A stretch of DNA of 26,184 nucleotides from a virus. Taxonomy: Duplodnaviria; Caudoviricetes. Below, one piece after another: positions 15,493-25,382 of this stretch; the first letter of the stretch is position 1, and each line of letters starts with the position of its first letter. The notes beneath the pieces are model-generated. The model did not search any database. It worked only from the letters and a program-made list of their open reading frames with translations, and was not told the origin of the DNA. A program made the position numbers and the translations under genes. The stretch covers positions 1 through 26,184 of the IMG/VR virus record IMGVR_UViG_3300048895_000139, one strand, 5' to 3'.

Positions 15493-18111
15493 TTAGCTGA
15501 TCCCTGTCCCACTGATGCTCCACGCTCCGCTAGCGGAGCAGATCGTCACCATGGCCCCCTGAGCCAGAGTGCGGTTCCCGGAGATAAGCCCCGTTGGGCT
15601 GTACCAGTAGAGGCTCGCCCCTGGCTCTTGGATGAACGAGACTGGCCCGCCTGAAAAGTTGATTAAAAGAAAATTGTATCCATGGGTGAAGGCTAGTTGC
15701 GCCGGGGTGTGTGCGCGCAGCGAGGCCCCGGCGCTTGGATAGATCAGGGAGCCAGACGGAATATTCGCCAGGAAAGTCGGAGCCGAAATGCCCACCAGCT
15801 TGTATTGCGACGTGACCGACCCCGCGTAGATATCGCGGACCTTGTTGGCGGGCGAGCCGATGTCCACCGACTGAAGCGGCAGAAGGTTGCCGTTGTTCTC
15901 GACGGCCCACATGCCGAGCGCGTTCAGCGTCCCGTTCGGCGTGACCGCCCAAACAAGCGCGCAGCCGGTCGCGGTGTCGGTCCAGGGTTCGGTCGTGACC
16001 CAGTACATCGTACCCGCCGTGTTGGCTTTCCAGCCGGACGGCGTTCGGCCCGAGACGCTGACCGATCCGATAGCCGCGCCGTTTGTAATCGCGGTCGGTG
16101 CGGCGGCGGTGCCGCCAGCGCGGCGCATGTGGAGGTTAGGGCCGAGGGCGATATGGCTGGTAAGCTCGATCCCCGCCTCTTCGCCGTGACCCCGCAACAC
16201 CGTCCCGGCGTAAAACGGCGCGGGCGGAACAGCAGGGCTCGCGAGGTTGACGTGGACCGGCCCCGCAAAGTACCCGGAGCGGACCGGGTTCGCCGTCGCG
16301 CCGAGGTCATAGGCCCGCGCTGCAACCGGAAGAAAATGGCCGGTCGGTTGCATCGTCCAACGCGCCGCCGAGGCGGCTTCGCCGACCATCGTCGTGTTGA
16401 AATCGATCTGGGTTCCCTGCGCCGTGTCGGTCCAGTTCTCCGAGGCGCTGAAGCTGACCGAGGCGCGGTTCGATGTTGACCAAGTGGTCGCGCCATAGCC
16501 TCGCGCTCCGATAACAAGGAGGCTATCGCCGATCTTGCTCGCGGTCGGTACGGCGGCGGTGCCGCTGGCGCTCCGGCCGTTAAGCTGCGGCCCGGCCGCA
16601 AAGCCGTTCAGTTCAAGCCGAGGCCCCAGGCCCGCCGTACCGGTAACTTGCAAACCCACGCTGGCGTCGATGGGCGCTGGCGCTGGCGTCGGGCCGAGGT
16701 TCACCGAGAGCAGGCCGCCGAAGTAACCCGATCGGATCGTCAGGGCCGTGGTCCCGAGGTCATAGGCCTTGGCCGCGCCCGGCTTGAGCCCGCCATCCTG
16801 ATCGAAGGTCCACGAAATGAAGCCTGCGGTCGATCCGTTCGGCGTGACCTGAACAGCGGCCTTCGCGCCCTGCGCCGTGTCGGTCCAGTTCTCCGTGGCC
16901 TGTAGGTTGATCGAAGCCCGTCCGCCCGCGCTGTAGCCCGTCGCGCCCCAGCCCCGGCCCTGGAAAGCCGCGAGATAATCGTTCGCCACGATCGCCGCCG
17001 GAGCCGCGCCCGTACCCCTCGCGGTCTTGCCGACGAACAGGGGCGTGCCGCCGCCGAAAGCGTTCAGTTCAAGCCGGGCCTGACCGGCGGCGCTGGCCGA
17101 GATCAGCGTGTCCGTCGCCAGCGGCGGCGGGACCGCTCCGCCGGTCGTGTTGATGACCGCCGTGCCGCCCGCGTAGAGGCTGCGCACCGGCACAGCCGCC
17201 GACCCGAGGTCATAGGCGCTCACCGCGCCGGGAATGAAATGACCGTCGTGCGTTATTCCCCAGCGCGGGGTCGTCACGACTGTACCGTTCGCGGTCGTTT
17301 GAAAATGAAGGCTCGCGCCCTGCGCCGTGTCGGTCCAGTTCTCTGAGGTTTGAAAGTTCATCACCGCGCGAGCGGCGGAATACCCGGTCAAGCCATAGCC
17401 TCGCCCTTGGAAGGCGGCGAGATAGTCGTTCATCGCTGAAGCGGCCGGAGCCGCCCCGGTGCCTCTCGCGCCCTTCCCGATGAACAGCGGCGTCGCGCCA
17501 AGCGGAGTCCCGCCAAACCCAGCGAGTTCAATCCGCGCCGGACCATTGGCGTTCGCCGAGATCAGGGTATCCGGCGCGAGCGGCGCAGGCACCGCGCCGC
17601 CGGTGTTGTTGATCACCACCGTCCCAGTGAACAGGCCCTTGACGAAGCTGACCGCCCCGTCGGCCGCGATCGTCAATTTCGAGACGCCGCCCACGATCCA
17701 TTCGAGCAGGCCGGTCGCCCAGGTCAGCCGCCAGCCGGTGCCGCCGCCGTTCGCGTCCAGGGTCAGCTGTGCGGAAGTCGCCGCGACGCCGTCCAAGCTG
17801 GCCCGGCCATCAGCGCCGAAGACGACCCGCTTGGCGGCAAGATCGCGGGGCCGGAAGTCGAGCCCGGCGCTCGCCGGATCGATGTCGGCGGGCTTGAGGA
17901 ACTCGGCCCGCCAGACCGGCCCGGAGCCGCCGTCGCGGACGATCGGAACCTTCTGCTCGTCGCCGGGGATCGGCTCGGGGATTTGACCGCCAGGGACACC
18001 GGGAATGCCCTGCGAAACATACGCCTCGACAAGCACCACCTGCTGGGTCGGGTTCGCTCCGACGATGACATCGGTCGGCTCGGCAACAGGGGCAAGGTCT
18101 TTAACGCTCAT
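15493..18111 (-). CDS. tail fibre / receptor-binding protein with four ~150-aa repeats (872 aa)
   Basis: Start moved to ATG 18111 (ATGA overlap). Gly/Ala/Thr-rich; repeated E[NP]WTDTA and YDLG motifs; last gene of the tail module. Confidence 0.85.
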   Translation of the reverse strand: MSVKDLAPVAEPTDVIVGANPTQQVVLVEAYVSQGIPGVPGGQIPEPIPGDEQKVPIVRDGGSGPVWRAEFLKPADIDPASAGLDFRPRDLAAKRVVFGADGRASLDGVAATSAQLTLDANGGGTGWRLTWATGLLEWIVGGVSKLTIAADGAVSFVKGLFTGTVVINNTGGAVPAPLAPDTLISANANGPARIELAGFGGTPLGATPLFIGKGARGTGAAPAASAMNDYLAAFQGRGYGLTGYSAARAVMNFQTSENWTDTAQGASLHFQTTANGTVVTTPRWGITHDGHFIPGAVSAYDLGSAAVPVRSLYAGGTAVINTTGGAVPPPLATDTLISASAAGQARLELNAFGGGTPLFVGKTARGTGAAPAAIVANDYLAAFQGRGWGATGYSAGGRASINLQATENWTDTAQGAKAAVQVTPNGSTAGFISWTFDQDGGLKPGAAKAYDLGTTALTIRSGYFGGLLSVNLGPTPAPAPIDASVGLQVTGTAGLGPRLELNGFAAGPQLNGRSASGTAAVPTASKIGDSLLVIGARGYGATTWSTSNRASVSFSASENWTDTAQGTQIDFNTTMVGEAASAARWTMQPTGHFLPVAARAYDLGATANPVRSGYFAGPVHVNLASPAVPPAPFYAGTVLRGHGEEAGIELTSHIALGPNLHMRRAGGTAAAPTAITNGAAIGSVSVSGRTPSGWKANTAGTMYWVTTEPWTDTATGCALVWAVTPNGTLNALGMWAVENNGNLLPLQSVDIGSPANKVRDIYAGSVTSQYKLVGISAPTFLANIPSGSLIYPSAGASLRAHTPAQLAFTHGYNFLLINFSGGPVSFIQEPGASLYWYSPTGLISGNRTLAQGAMVTICSASGAWSISGTGIS

Positions 18112-18497
18112 GGCGCTGGCTCCGTCAGAAAGCCTCGGGTTCTCGCGGCGCGGGCGGCGAGCGAACTGTCGGTGATGTCGCCCGTCACCTTGACCGGCCC
18201 GGCCAGGATCGTCGCGACCCGTCCGCCGATGTCGGTCAGCTGCAAATCCCATCGGCCGGACGCCGGGCAAGCGCGGGTGTCGGCCGGGTTCAGGGTCACG
18301 TCGATCCGGTTCGGCAGCGTAACCAGCACATGCGCCGCGACGATCGTAACCCCGCCGGGGCGCTCCCTGATCTCGGCCTTGACCGTCATGCCGGTCAAAT
18401 CAACCGCCTCGGTCTTCTCGACATCGGCCCACAGGACGAAGCGCCACGCGTGGTCGTCCCCGGCATAGATGCTGAGCGCGTAGGTTCCTGGCATCAT
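18108..18497 (-). CDS. BppU-like baseplate/fibre adaptor protein
   Basis: LSIYAGD...VDLTGMTVKAEIR...WDLQLTD...TILAGPVKV pattern; position before the fibre. Confidence 0.7.
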   Translation of the reverse strand: MMPGTYALSIYAGDDHAWRFVLWADVEKTEAVDLTGMTVKAEIRERPGGVTIVAAHVLVTLPNRIDVTLNPADTRACPASGRWDLQLTDIGGRVATILAGPVKVTGDITDSSLAARAARTRGFLTEPAP

Positions 18498-18655
18498 GGC
18501 GGCGGCTCCTCTGGCGGCGGCTCGGCCCCCATCATGCGCTCTAGCGTGACGGGCTCGAAGCGCCCGCCCTCGGGGACGTTGACTGCGATCTGATCCTCGG
18601 GGCCGTCCATGTAGATCAGCAGCACGTCGGCGGCGTCGTAGATGGCGACGATCAT
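18494..18655 (-). CDS. small tail-associated protein (53 aa, absent from the ORF track)
   Basis: ATG 18655 to TGA 18494: MIVAIYDAADVLLIYMDGPEDQIAVNVPEGGRFEPVTLERMMGAEPPPEEPPP; fills the gap exactly with coupling. Confidence 0.7.
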   Translation of the reverse strand: MIVAIYDAADVLLIYMDGPEDQIAVNVPEGGRFEPVTLERMMGAEPPPEEPPP

Positions 18656-18657
18656 CC

Positions 18658-21600
18658 TCACGCCTCCGTCTTCGCGTCGGTGATTGTGAGATAGAACCGC
18701 GTGGCGGTCGCGAAGGCGTGGGAAGAGGTCTGCCAGCCGTTCAGCCGGTAGTTATGAACGCCCGGCGCTGGCTTGTGTCGGAACAGGTAGGACACGGAAT
18801 TGAAGGCCGAGCTTGAGGCCATGCCGACGCCAAAGTCTTCGATCGCGACGCCGTCAACGTAAAGGCGGAACCCGACGCTGCCGCTGGTCTCAGGCTCGCT
18901 GTCGCGGCTGACCGAGGCGTTCCCCCAGACATCGATTTCGATGTATCCGCCCGAGGCTGCAAAGTTGACGTTGAGCAAGTCATAGCCGCCGCCGCTTGGG
19001 CTGTAAGGCAGATCGACCGCGCCCGCCGTCGCGGCCCGCGCCGACACGCTGATGTTGTTCGCGACGATCTTGTCCGTGTAGATCGTGTGCGCCTTGATGT
19101 CGTCGGCCTGGAAGTTGGTCGCGTAGACTTTGCCGCCGACCACCGCCAGCGGGTAGACGTTGTCGGCCCCGTTGGTGAAGCCGATCTGATCGGCCGCGAA
19201 GACGATCGAGGAGACCGCCGGGTTGGCGGCGACCTTGATCCCGGCCACTCGCGCATAGCCCGGCCCGGTCGAGGCCACGGACAGGACCCACTGAGCGTTC
19301 AGGCCGTTGACCGAGTTTTGCAGGTTGGTGATCGACGCGGAGTTGCCGCCGACCGTGGTCGAGAGATTGTTGATCGACTGAGCCAGCGCCGTGTCCTGTC
19401 CGGCCCGGACGTTCGCCTCGTTGGTGATCGCCGCGTTCGTGGCCGTGAAGTTCGCCTGGATGCTGGTCCGGTACTGCCCCCAGGTTTCGGTCGGGCTCGC
19501 CCATAGGGTCGTGTCCGACATCTGAAAGGACAGGTTGTCGCCGCGAAGTATGCCCATCGCATCGACCCGCTTGATCGAATACTGATCGGCGGTGTTCAGG
19601 GCGTTGACGCTATTGACCGTGTAGACTTCGAGCGGCGTCCCATCGGCAAGGTGGGTGCTGTCGTAGAGGTTCTGGTTCGTGACCAGGATGTCGGCCGCGT
19701 TGTCAGCGGCCTTCTCCGAGGTTTCCAGGCCAAGGGCCGTGGTCTCGTTTAGCTGATCGATTAGCTCCTGCGGCGTCTGTCCGCCGATCTGCGTCACGCC
19801 CGAAGAGATCAGCGAACCGACCGTGACCAGCCCGAGGTCCAGGGCCAGCGCCCCCTCGACATCGCGGACCGATTTATAGCGGACTTGGACGTGATAGGTG
19901 CCGCCGGAGATGACCGCCCGGAACTCCATCCGCCGGGTGGTCTGCGGGTGCGAGCTTGTGACCCAGTCGCCGAACATCCCCGGCGAAAGTTGCAGGCGGT
20001 AGTCGATGATGACCGACGAGACGTTCGGATCGCTGATTGCGCCCGTTACAACGAGTGCAGGAACCTGCGCCCCGTCCGCGCCGGACAGCACGCCGCCCCA
20101 AGCGACCCAGGACCCAGCATCAGGCCGCGAGACAAAGGTCGGGTCGATCGGCTGGAAGCCCGAGACCGGCGGCGGGTTCGGCACTCGGCCAAGGGCGTAT
20201 TCGTGCTTTCCAGGCGTCTCGCTCCGAAGCGTCAACGTCACCTGTCCGGTGGCCGGATCGATCTCCCGCTGCTGAACGATCAAGGGCTGGGCGACCAGCC
20301 CGAACTCCGGCTCATTGACCGCGATGCAGTCGCCCGGCTTCAGGCCCATCCACCGGGGGCCGACCGGGAAGACCATCGGCTCGAACTCGCGGGCGTCCAC
20401 CAGATCATAGGCCGCGAGTTCCGCCGCCTGCTTCGGCTGCTGGACCAGCTGATAGGTCGCCTCGCGGGACCGCAGCCCGCCATCGGCGGTGACATAGGCG
20501 TCAACCCGGACCGGCCCGGCCGGGACGATCTGCCACTGATGCTCTTCGGAGCGGTAATTCGGAATGATCTGGTTGAGCCGGTCCCGGCGGCGCTTGGTGC
20601 CGGTGATCGAGACCTCGGCCACGGCCTCGCGGCCGGTCAAATTGGCCAGGATCACGCGGGGGGTGCGGATCATGCAGGACAGCCGCCCGCCCATCCGCAG
20701 GGGCTCGCCGCCGCCCGCCTGAAGGATGGTCCGCAGAACGTCCCACTTGCGATCCGAGGACAGAACCTCGCCGCCGACCTTCCAGTCGTTGGCGTCGGCG
20801 ACGTTCGCCCCCTCAACGAAGGCCGCGACATCAATGGCCTCGATCGGCGCGCCGACCCCGAAGGACAGCACGCCGTTATCCCGGCGACCGATGCACCAGG
20901 CCAAGCCCTGAAGGTACGGGTTCTCGTTCCCCGCCAGCGACCAAGTCGTCTCGTCGTTCCAGCGCTGCGGCCCTGAACCGCCCGGCCAGGTGCTATCGGC
21001 GCGCGGGTCGTAGACCGTAGGACCCAGGACCACGAACAGCGGCTTGGGGACGCCGGTCGGATACTTCTTCGCGTCGAACAGCAAGGTCAGCCAAGCGCAG
21101 GCCATGCCTGAAAGCTTGTGGTTCGGACCCCATTCGGGACGCCACGCGGGCTGAACGCCGGGCGGGTAATAGGCGGTCGCGTCGGGCTTGTTCCCCGGCG
21201 TGTAGGAGATCGACATCGCCCCGGCGAACTGGGCCGGGGACGTAACCCCGGCGTCGCCGCCGATCATCAGCGGGAACTCGTTCGCGGAGGCGGCTTCGAC
21301 GCCGCCCATCGGCCCGGCGGTCAGCGCCAGCAAAAACCAGAGACGGGCGTTCTTGTCTGCCTGCCCCGAGGTGTTGCTGTGAAGGACTTTCCCGGCGGTC
21401 GCCGAACGTCCGAGGATCAGCGGCATACCCGCATAAGGGTCGGCCTGCATATCGACCTGGGAGCCCGCGTTCCCCCGGCCGACCGACTTCGGTCTAAGCG
21501 CCATGGACGCGATGAGCCCGACCGTTCCCCAGGCCTGTATCCCGGCCGCGATCCCCGCGCCGCCGATCAAGGCCGTCCCGAAACCGGCCATCGCCGTCCC

Positions 21601-21708
21601 AGCCGCAGCAAGGCCCCCGGCGAGACCGCCAGCGGCGATCCCGGCGGCGACCGGGGCGGCGACGATCGCGAGGACCGCGAGCCCGGCGACGGCTAGGACT
21701 TTCGCCAT
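18658..21708 (-). CDS. central tail / host-specificity protein (gpJ-like)
   Basis: Start at ATG 21708 (GGAGG). VYDPR, ENPYL, hub-like core, FnIII-like region, coiled coil, AGIKV..FAADQI J-like C-terminus. Confidence 0.88.
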   Translation of the reverse strand: MAKVLAVAGLAVLAIVAAPVAAGIAAGGLAGGLAAAGTAMAGFGTALIGGAGIAAGIQAWGTVGLIASMALRPKSVGRGNAGSQVDMQADPYAGMPLILGRSATAGKVLHSNTSGQADKNARLWFLLALTAGPMGGVEAASANEFPLMIGGDAGVTSPAQFAGAMSISYTPGNKPDATAYYPPGVQPAWRPEWGPNHKLSGMACAWLTLLFDAKKYPTGVPKPLFVVLGPTVYDPRADSTWPGGSGPQRWNDETTWSLAGNENPYLQGLAWCIGRRDNGVLSFGVGAPIEAIDVAAFVEGANVADANDWKVGGEVLSSDRKWDVLRTILQAGGGEPLRMGGRLSCMIRTPRVILANLTGREAVAEVSITGTKRRRDRLNQIIPNYRSEEHQWQIVPAGPVRVDAYVTADGGLRSREATYQLVQQPKQAAELAAYDLVDAREFEPMVFPVGPRWMGLKPGDCIAVNEPEFGLVAQPLIVQQREIDPATGQVTLTLRSETPGKHEYALGRVPNPPPVSGFQPIDPTFVSRPDAGSWVAWGGVLSGADGAQVPALVVTGAISDPNVSSVIIDYRLQLSPGMFGDWVTSSHPQTTRRMEFRAVISGGTYHVQVRYKSVRDVEGALALDLGLVTVGSLISSGVTQIGGQTPQELIDQLNETTALGLETSEKAADNAADILVTNQNLYDSTHLADGTPLEVYTVNSVNALNTADQYSIKRVDAMGILRGDNLSFQMSDTTLWASPTETWGQYRTSIQANFTATNAAITNEANVRAGQDTALAQSINNLSTTVGGNSASITNLQNSVNGLNAQWVLSVASTGPGYARVAGIKVAANPAVSSIVFAADQIGFTNGADNVYPLAVVGGKVYATNFQADDIKAHTIYTDKIVANNISVSARAATAGAVDLPYSPSGGGYDLLNVNFAASGGYIEIDVWGNASVSRDSEPETSGSVGFRLYVDGVAIEDFGVGMASSSAFNSVSYLFRHKPAPGVHNYRLNGWQTSSHAFATATRFYLTITDAKTEA

Positions 21709-22175
21709 GGATGGACCTCCCAAGCCGCGACGGCCGCGCCGAGGTTCGCGGCGATGACCGCGCAGCCGCCATCGGCCACCGTCTCGCTGAAGCCGAGAAC
21801 CCGGCCGTTCCCCAGCACGACGGTCAGACCGTGCCAGCCGCCTTCGCCGGGGAAGGCGATCAGGTCGCCGGGCAGGGTCGCCGCCGGGGCGATCCGCCGG
21901 ACGCCCTTGATCCCATCCACCCAGTCGAGGACGGTCTTCATCTTGTGGGCCTTCAGCGCCCGCGCCGCCGCCCGGTCGGTCCGGTACTCGCCGAACCGGG
22001 CAAGGCTCGGCTTGTACCCGGCCCGCCGCAGGACGAAGGCCGCGAGCTTGGCGCAGTCGTTCGAGCCCCAGGCGAACGGCTTCCCCTGGAAATGATCGAG
22101 CGCCGCCTGGGCGATCTCGACCCGCGCCACCAGGGCGCTATCGAGTTGTGACGTTTGGTCTTGTGTAAAGGACAT
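21693..22175 (-). CDS. NlpC/P60-like tail-associated protein
   Basis: PFAWGSNDCAKLAA (Cys), PGDLIAF, HGLTVV; gpK-like position. Confidence 0.8.
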   Translation of the reverse strand: MSFTQDQTSQLDSALVARVEIAQAALDHFQGKPFAWGSNDCAKLAAFVLRRAGYKPSLARFGEYRTDRAAARALKAHKMKTVLDWVDGIKGVRRIAPAATLPGDLIAFPGEGGWHGLTVVLGNGRVLGFSETVADGGCAVIAANLGAAVAAWEVHPWRKS

Positions 22176-22770
22176 CAGAGATCACCTGGGGCCTCGGGGT
22201 GTCCGCGCCCCACGGAAGCTGTCGGCGCACGTCGGTGACGAACTCGAACCCGAGTTCTCCTGGCCATGCCGACTGGTGGTAGGCGTTCGAGAGCCGGACG
22301 CCCTCGTTGTCGTCGAACAGGCGCTCCCAGATGCTCACGCATTCGAGGATCAGGGTTCGGGTGCCGCGCCCGATCTGCATGGTCGCCTGATCGACTTCGC
22401 CCGCGAAGATCAGCAGCGGGTCGGGGATCACTGAGGCGCTGGCCGGGTTGAAAGCCCCCAGCCAGAGATAGGCGACCCGGCCCTGCATATCCTGGCCCCC
22501 GAGGATCGCGGCGGCGTCGGCCGTGGGCGTGTTGATCCCCACCGAAAGACTCGGCGCTTCGTCGCCGACCCCGTCCGTGACGCTGGCCAGCGTGGCGATC
22601 GATCCGAAGTCCGGGTCGAGGCCGAGGAAGGTTCGACCGCTGAACGTCACCTGCCCGGAGCCGTCCAAGAGCCGGAGCGCCCCGCCGCCCGGCAGGCCGA
22701 TTTCCAGGGTCGCGAACATGGTGATTTGCGGCCGATCGAAGGCCGCGAGGAAACCGCTGTCGTCGGCCAT
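22138..22770 (-). CDS. minor tail tip protein (gpL-like position)
   Basis: FAGEVD, HQSAWPGELGFEFVT; synteny after Dit. Confidence 0.8.
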   Translation of the reverse strand: MADDSGFLAAFDRPQITMFATLEIGLPGGGALRLLDGSGQVTFSGRTFLGLDPDFGSIATLASVTDGVGDEAPSLSVGINTPTADAAAILGGQDMQGRVAYLWLGAFNPASASVIPDPLLIFAGEVDQATMQIGRGTRTLILECVSIWERLFDDNEGVRLSNAYHQSAWPGELGFEFVTDVRRQLPWGADTPRPQVISDVLYTRPNVTTR

Positions 22771-22773
22771 GGC

Positions 22774-23337
22774 CTAGGCGCTTTCAGTCAGGGTGAAAGC
22801 GTGGCCCACGTACTTGAACCATTCCAAGGACCACTCGGTGTCCTCGCAGAAGCCTTCGAGCTTCGGCGCGATGAAGTCCAAGGCGGTGGCGTTCAGCGGG
22901 ACACGCAGGGCGGGCGAGATCGTCAGCCGGTTGGCGTTCGGGACGCCGGTTACGAGGTGGAGATAATTCCGCCCGCCGGACACGAACGAGAACCACGTCC
23001 CCGGCAGGATCGCCGCCGGTCCGAGGATGTCGATGACCACCGCCCCGGCCGGGCCGGTGCCGGTCGGCGTCCCGGCGTAGGGCGGGACCGTGAGGGCTTG
23101 CGGCATGATCAGCGTCAGGGTGTCGCCGTTGGCCTCGGCCGCGAGGGGGCAGGCCAGCCAGCGCCCGGCGCAGACCGCGTCCAGGGTCGGCAGTTCGACC
23201 GTGACCGCGTAGCGCGTCCCGAACCGGCTAATTCGCTGCGTCGGCCCGCCCAGCGTTGAGATCAGGTCGCCGCCGTAGCGGACAAGCCGGGGGGTCACGA
23301 CCGCGCCGCGAGGCAAGACCGGAAACTGAACGGTCAT
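22774..23337 (-). CDS. distal tail protein (Dit-like)
   Basis: Directly after the tape measure; GGPTQRISRFGTRYAV motif. Confidence 0.78.
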   Translation of the reverse strand: MTVQFPVLPRGAVVTPRLVRYGGDLISTLGGPTQRISRFGTRYAVTVELPTLDAVCAGRWLACPLAAEANGDTLTLIMPQALTVPPYAGTPTGTGPAGAVVIDILGPAAILPGTWFSFVSGGRNYLHLVTGVPNANRLTISPALRVPLNATALDFIAPKLEGFCEDTEWSLEWFKYVGHAFTLTESA

Positions 23338-25229
23338 CGTCCGAGCCTCCGTCCGCTTTCCCTGGCGAGATCGCTGGGCGTCGCCCGGCGCGCGATGCTG
23401 ACCGCGCCCAGGCCCGAAGACGCCGCCGCCCGGTCCGCATAGGACATCATCGACTTCGCGGCCTGCTCCCAGATGACCGCGCCGCGATTGTCGAACACGA
23501 CGGTCTGGGTGGCCGACTTGCCGCTGCCCATCCCGACGTTTCGGAGCTTCTGGTTGGACATCACCTCGGAGCCGCCGGGCAGGTTCACCAGTTCGGGACC
23601 GCGTTCGCCGACCAGGGCCATGCCGTGCTTGGACGACATCGTCCCGGCCGCGTACTTCGGGCCGAACAGGGCCGAGGCCAGGGAGGTAAGCAGCCCGCCT
23701 TGCCCGCCCTTGCTGCCCTGAAGGACGGCGTTCGTCAGGCCTTCCGCGACGCTGTCGAGGACCGACCGCATCAGGGCGTCTTGCAGGTAGCTCAGGACGC
23801 CCGGAAGGCCGTCGTGGAACCCGGCCTCCAGCCCGCCCATGATCCCGGCCTTGACGCCGTCATGGAGGTCTTGCTGCGCCCACCGCGCTTCCTCTTCCCA
23901 GCGCGCCTGAGTTTCCTCGACGGTCGTCAGGTCCCGGAAGTCGAACGGCTTGGCCAGGTTGTTATCGATCGCGGCCTTTTCGGCTTTCTGCGCGGCCTTC
24001 TCGACATCGGCCCAGTGCTTTTCAATCAGCTTGATCGTTTCGAGCGCGTCCTTGTTCGCCTGTTCGGCGGCGCGCTGCGCTTCGGTCTTGGCCGACGACG
24101 CCCGGCTCGATCCGCTCCGCGTGCCGGTCTTCGGCTTGGGCGTATCGGGGGTGTCCGGCGTGGTCGGCTTGTCGGTCGCCTTGGGCTTCGGGGTCGCGGC
24201 GGGCTTAACCGGCGGGGTGAAATCAACCTGCTTGAGCCCGAGCTTGCCGCGAACCCAGTTCCCGGCCTTCTGGCCCGCCGCGAACGGGTCCAGGGCCTTG
24301 TTCCACTGGTTCAGAACCTCCATGACCTTCGGGTGTTCGGCGATCAGCTGACGGAACCACTTGATGAGGTTCTCGACCGTCGCCGCCGCCGCGCTGATCT
24401 CGTTCGCCATGGCGACGAACACCGGGATGAACTGGGCCTTGATGACCGAGGTCGTGATTTCCATTTGGCGGTCGGCGTCGGCCAGCGACTGGACCATCTC
24501 GTCGCTGACCACGAGGCCAAGCGCGCGGGCTTCGTCCGTCATCGCCTTGAGGCCATCGGCCCCGTCTTGGAGCATCGGCAGGAGGTCTTCGATCCCGAGC
24601 TTTTTCGCGATCTGAACCTGTTCGGCCTGGGTGCCGACCGCCGCGATCCGTTCGGCGATCAGCGGCAGCAGATCGGCCGCGTTATCGATCCCGGCCAAGT
24701 CCTCCGGCGTGATCAGAAGTTGCTCGAACGCCCCTTTGACCTTGGCGTCGCCGAGGCCGGTCTTCATCGCGCCAATGGAGCCGTTCAGCCGTTCAAGGCC
24801 GGAGCGCAGGCTTTCGATCGGAACGTCCGTCTCGTCGGCCGCGAACTGAAGCTCTTGCAGCGCCTCGGTGCCGATCCCGATTTTCGCCGCCGCCGTGGCG
24901 AGTTCGTCGCCCCAGTCCATCGCCGCCGTGGTTTGCTGAAAGGCGATGGCCAGCGCGCCCAGGCCAGCCGCCGCGCCGATCGCCATGGGGCCGAGGGAAC
25001 TCAGCGCCGAGCCGACGATCGGGATTTGGTTCGCGGCGCTGGTCATCGACTGGGTCAGGTCGTTGAACCCGGACTGAAGGACCCCGCCCGCGCCGTCCTT
25101 ACCCCAGGACTTTTCCACCTTGGCGGCGGCGTTCTGGTTGGAGCGAATGACCTTGTTTAGCTTCTCCTCCATCCGCGCGAAGTTCGCGTCGAAGACGACG
25201 ACAAGCCGGTCAACCTCGGTGCCTGCCAT
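23334..25229 (-). CDS. tail tape measure protein (631 aa)
   Basis: Ala-rich helical; EALQELQFAA, EARALGLV; C-terminal YAAGT...ALVGERGPELV. Confidence 0.92.
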   Translation of the reverse strand: MAGTEVDRLVVVFDANFARMEEKLNKVIRSNQNAAAKVEKSWGKDGAGGVLQSGFNDLTQSMTSAANQIPIVGSALSSLGPMAIGAAAGLGALAIAFQQTTAAMDWGDELATAAAKIGIGTEALQELQFAADETDVPIESLRSGLERLNGSIGAMKTGLGDAKVKGAFEQLLITPEDLAGIDNAADLLPLIAERIAAVGTQAEQVQIAKKLGIEDLLPMLQDGADGLKAMTDEARALGLVVSDEMVQSLADADRQMEITTSVIKAQFIPVFVAMANEISAAAATVENLIKWFRQLIAEHPKVMEVLNQWNKALDPFAAGQKAGNWVRGKLGLKQVDFTPPVKPAATPKPKATDKPTTPDTPDTPKPKTGTRSGSSRASSAKTEAQRAAEQANKDALETIKLIEKHWADVEKAAQKAEKAAIDNNLAKPFDFRDLTTVEETQARWEEEARWAQQDLHDGVKAGIMGGLEAGFHDGLPGVLSYLQDALMRSVLDSVAEGLTNAVLQGSKGGQGGLLTSLASALFGPKYAAGTMSSKHGMALVGERGPELVNLPGGSEVMSNQKLRNVGMGSGKSATQTVVFDNRGAVIWEQAAKSMMSYADRAAASSGLGAVSIARRATPSDLARESGRRLGR

Positions 25230-25232
25230 CGA

Positions 25233-25382
25233 TCATCCCCACTTCGCGATCATCGCGTCATGCTCGGCCGCTGTCGGCGGCGGCGTCTGTTCGGGAGCGG
25301 AGTTCGCGTTGATCCAGCCGTCGCGGCAGGCCAGGAATTCCCAGAGCGAACAGGCGTCGATCTGGGCGGGCGTGAAGCCCAT
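25233..25382 (-). CDS. tail assembly chaperone T-segment (49 aa ORF, probably expressed as a G-T frameshift fusion)
   Basis: MGFTPAQIDACSLWEFLACRDGW...; frame open upstream to a GGGGGAA slippery site. Confidence 0.75.
   Translation of the reverse strand: MGFTPAQIDACSLWEFLACRDGWINANSAPEQTPPPTAAEHDAMIAKWG

Noticed and set aside
15960-17640. Tail-fibre repeats as DGR template/variable repeats or a shufflon
   Set aside because: No reverse transcriptase or adjacent invertase in the window; repeats are in-frame direct modules and I saw no adenine-specific divergence.
23256-25160. 634-aa plus-strand ORF (also 19885-20976 and 8089-9240)
   Set aside because: Antisense shadows of well-supported genes; Arg/Gly-rich junk composition.
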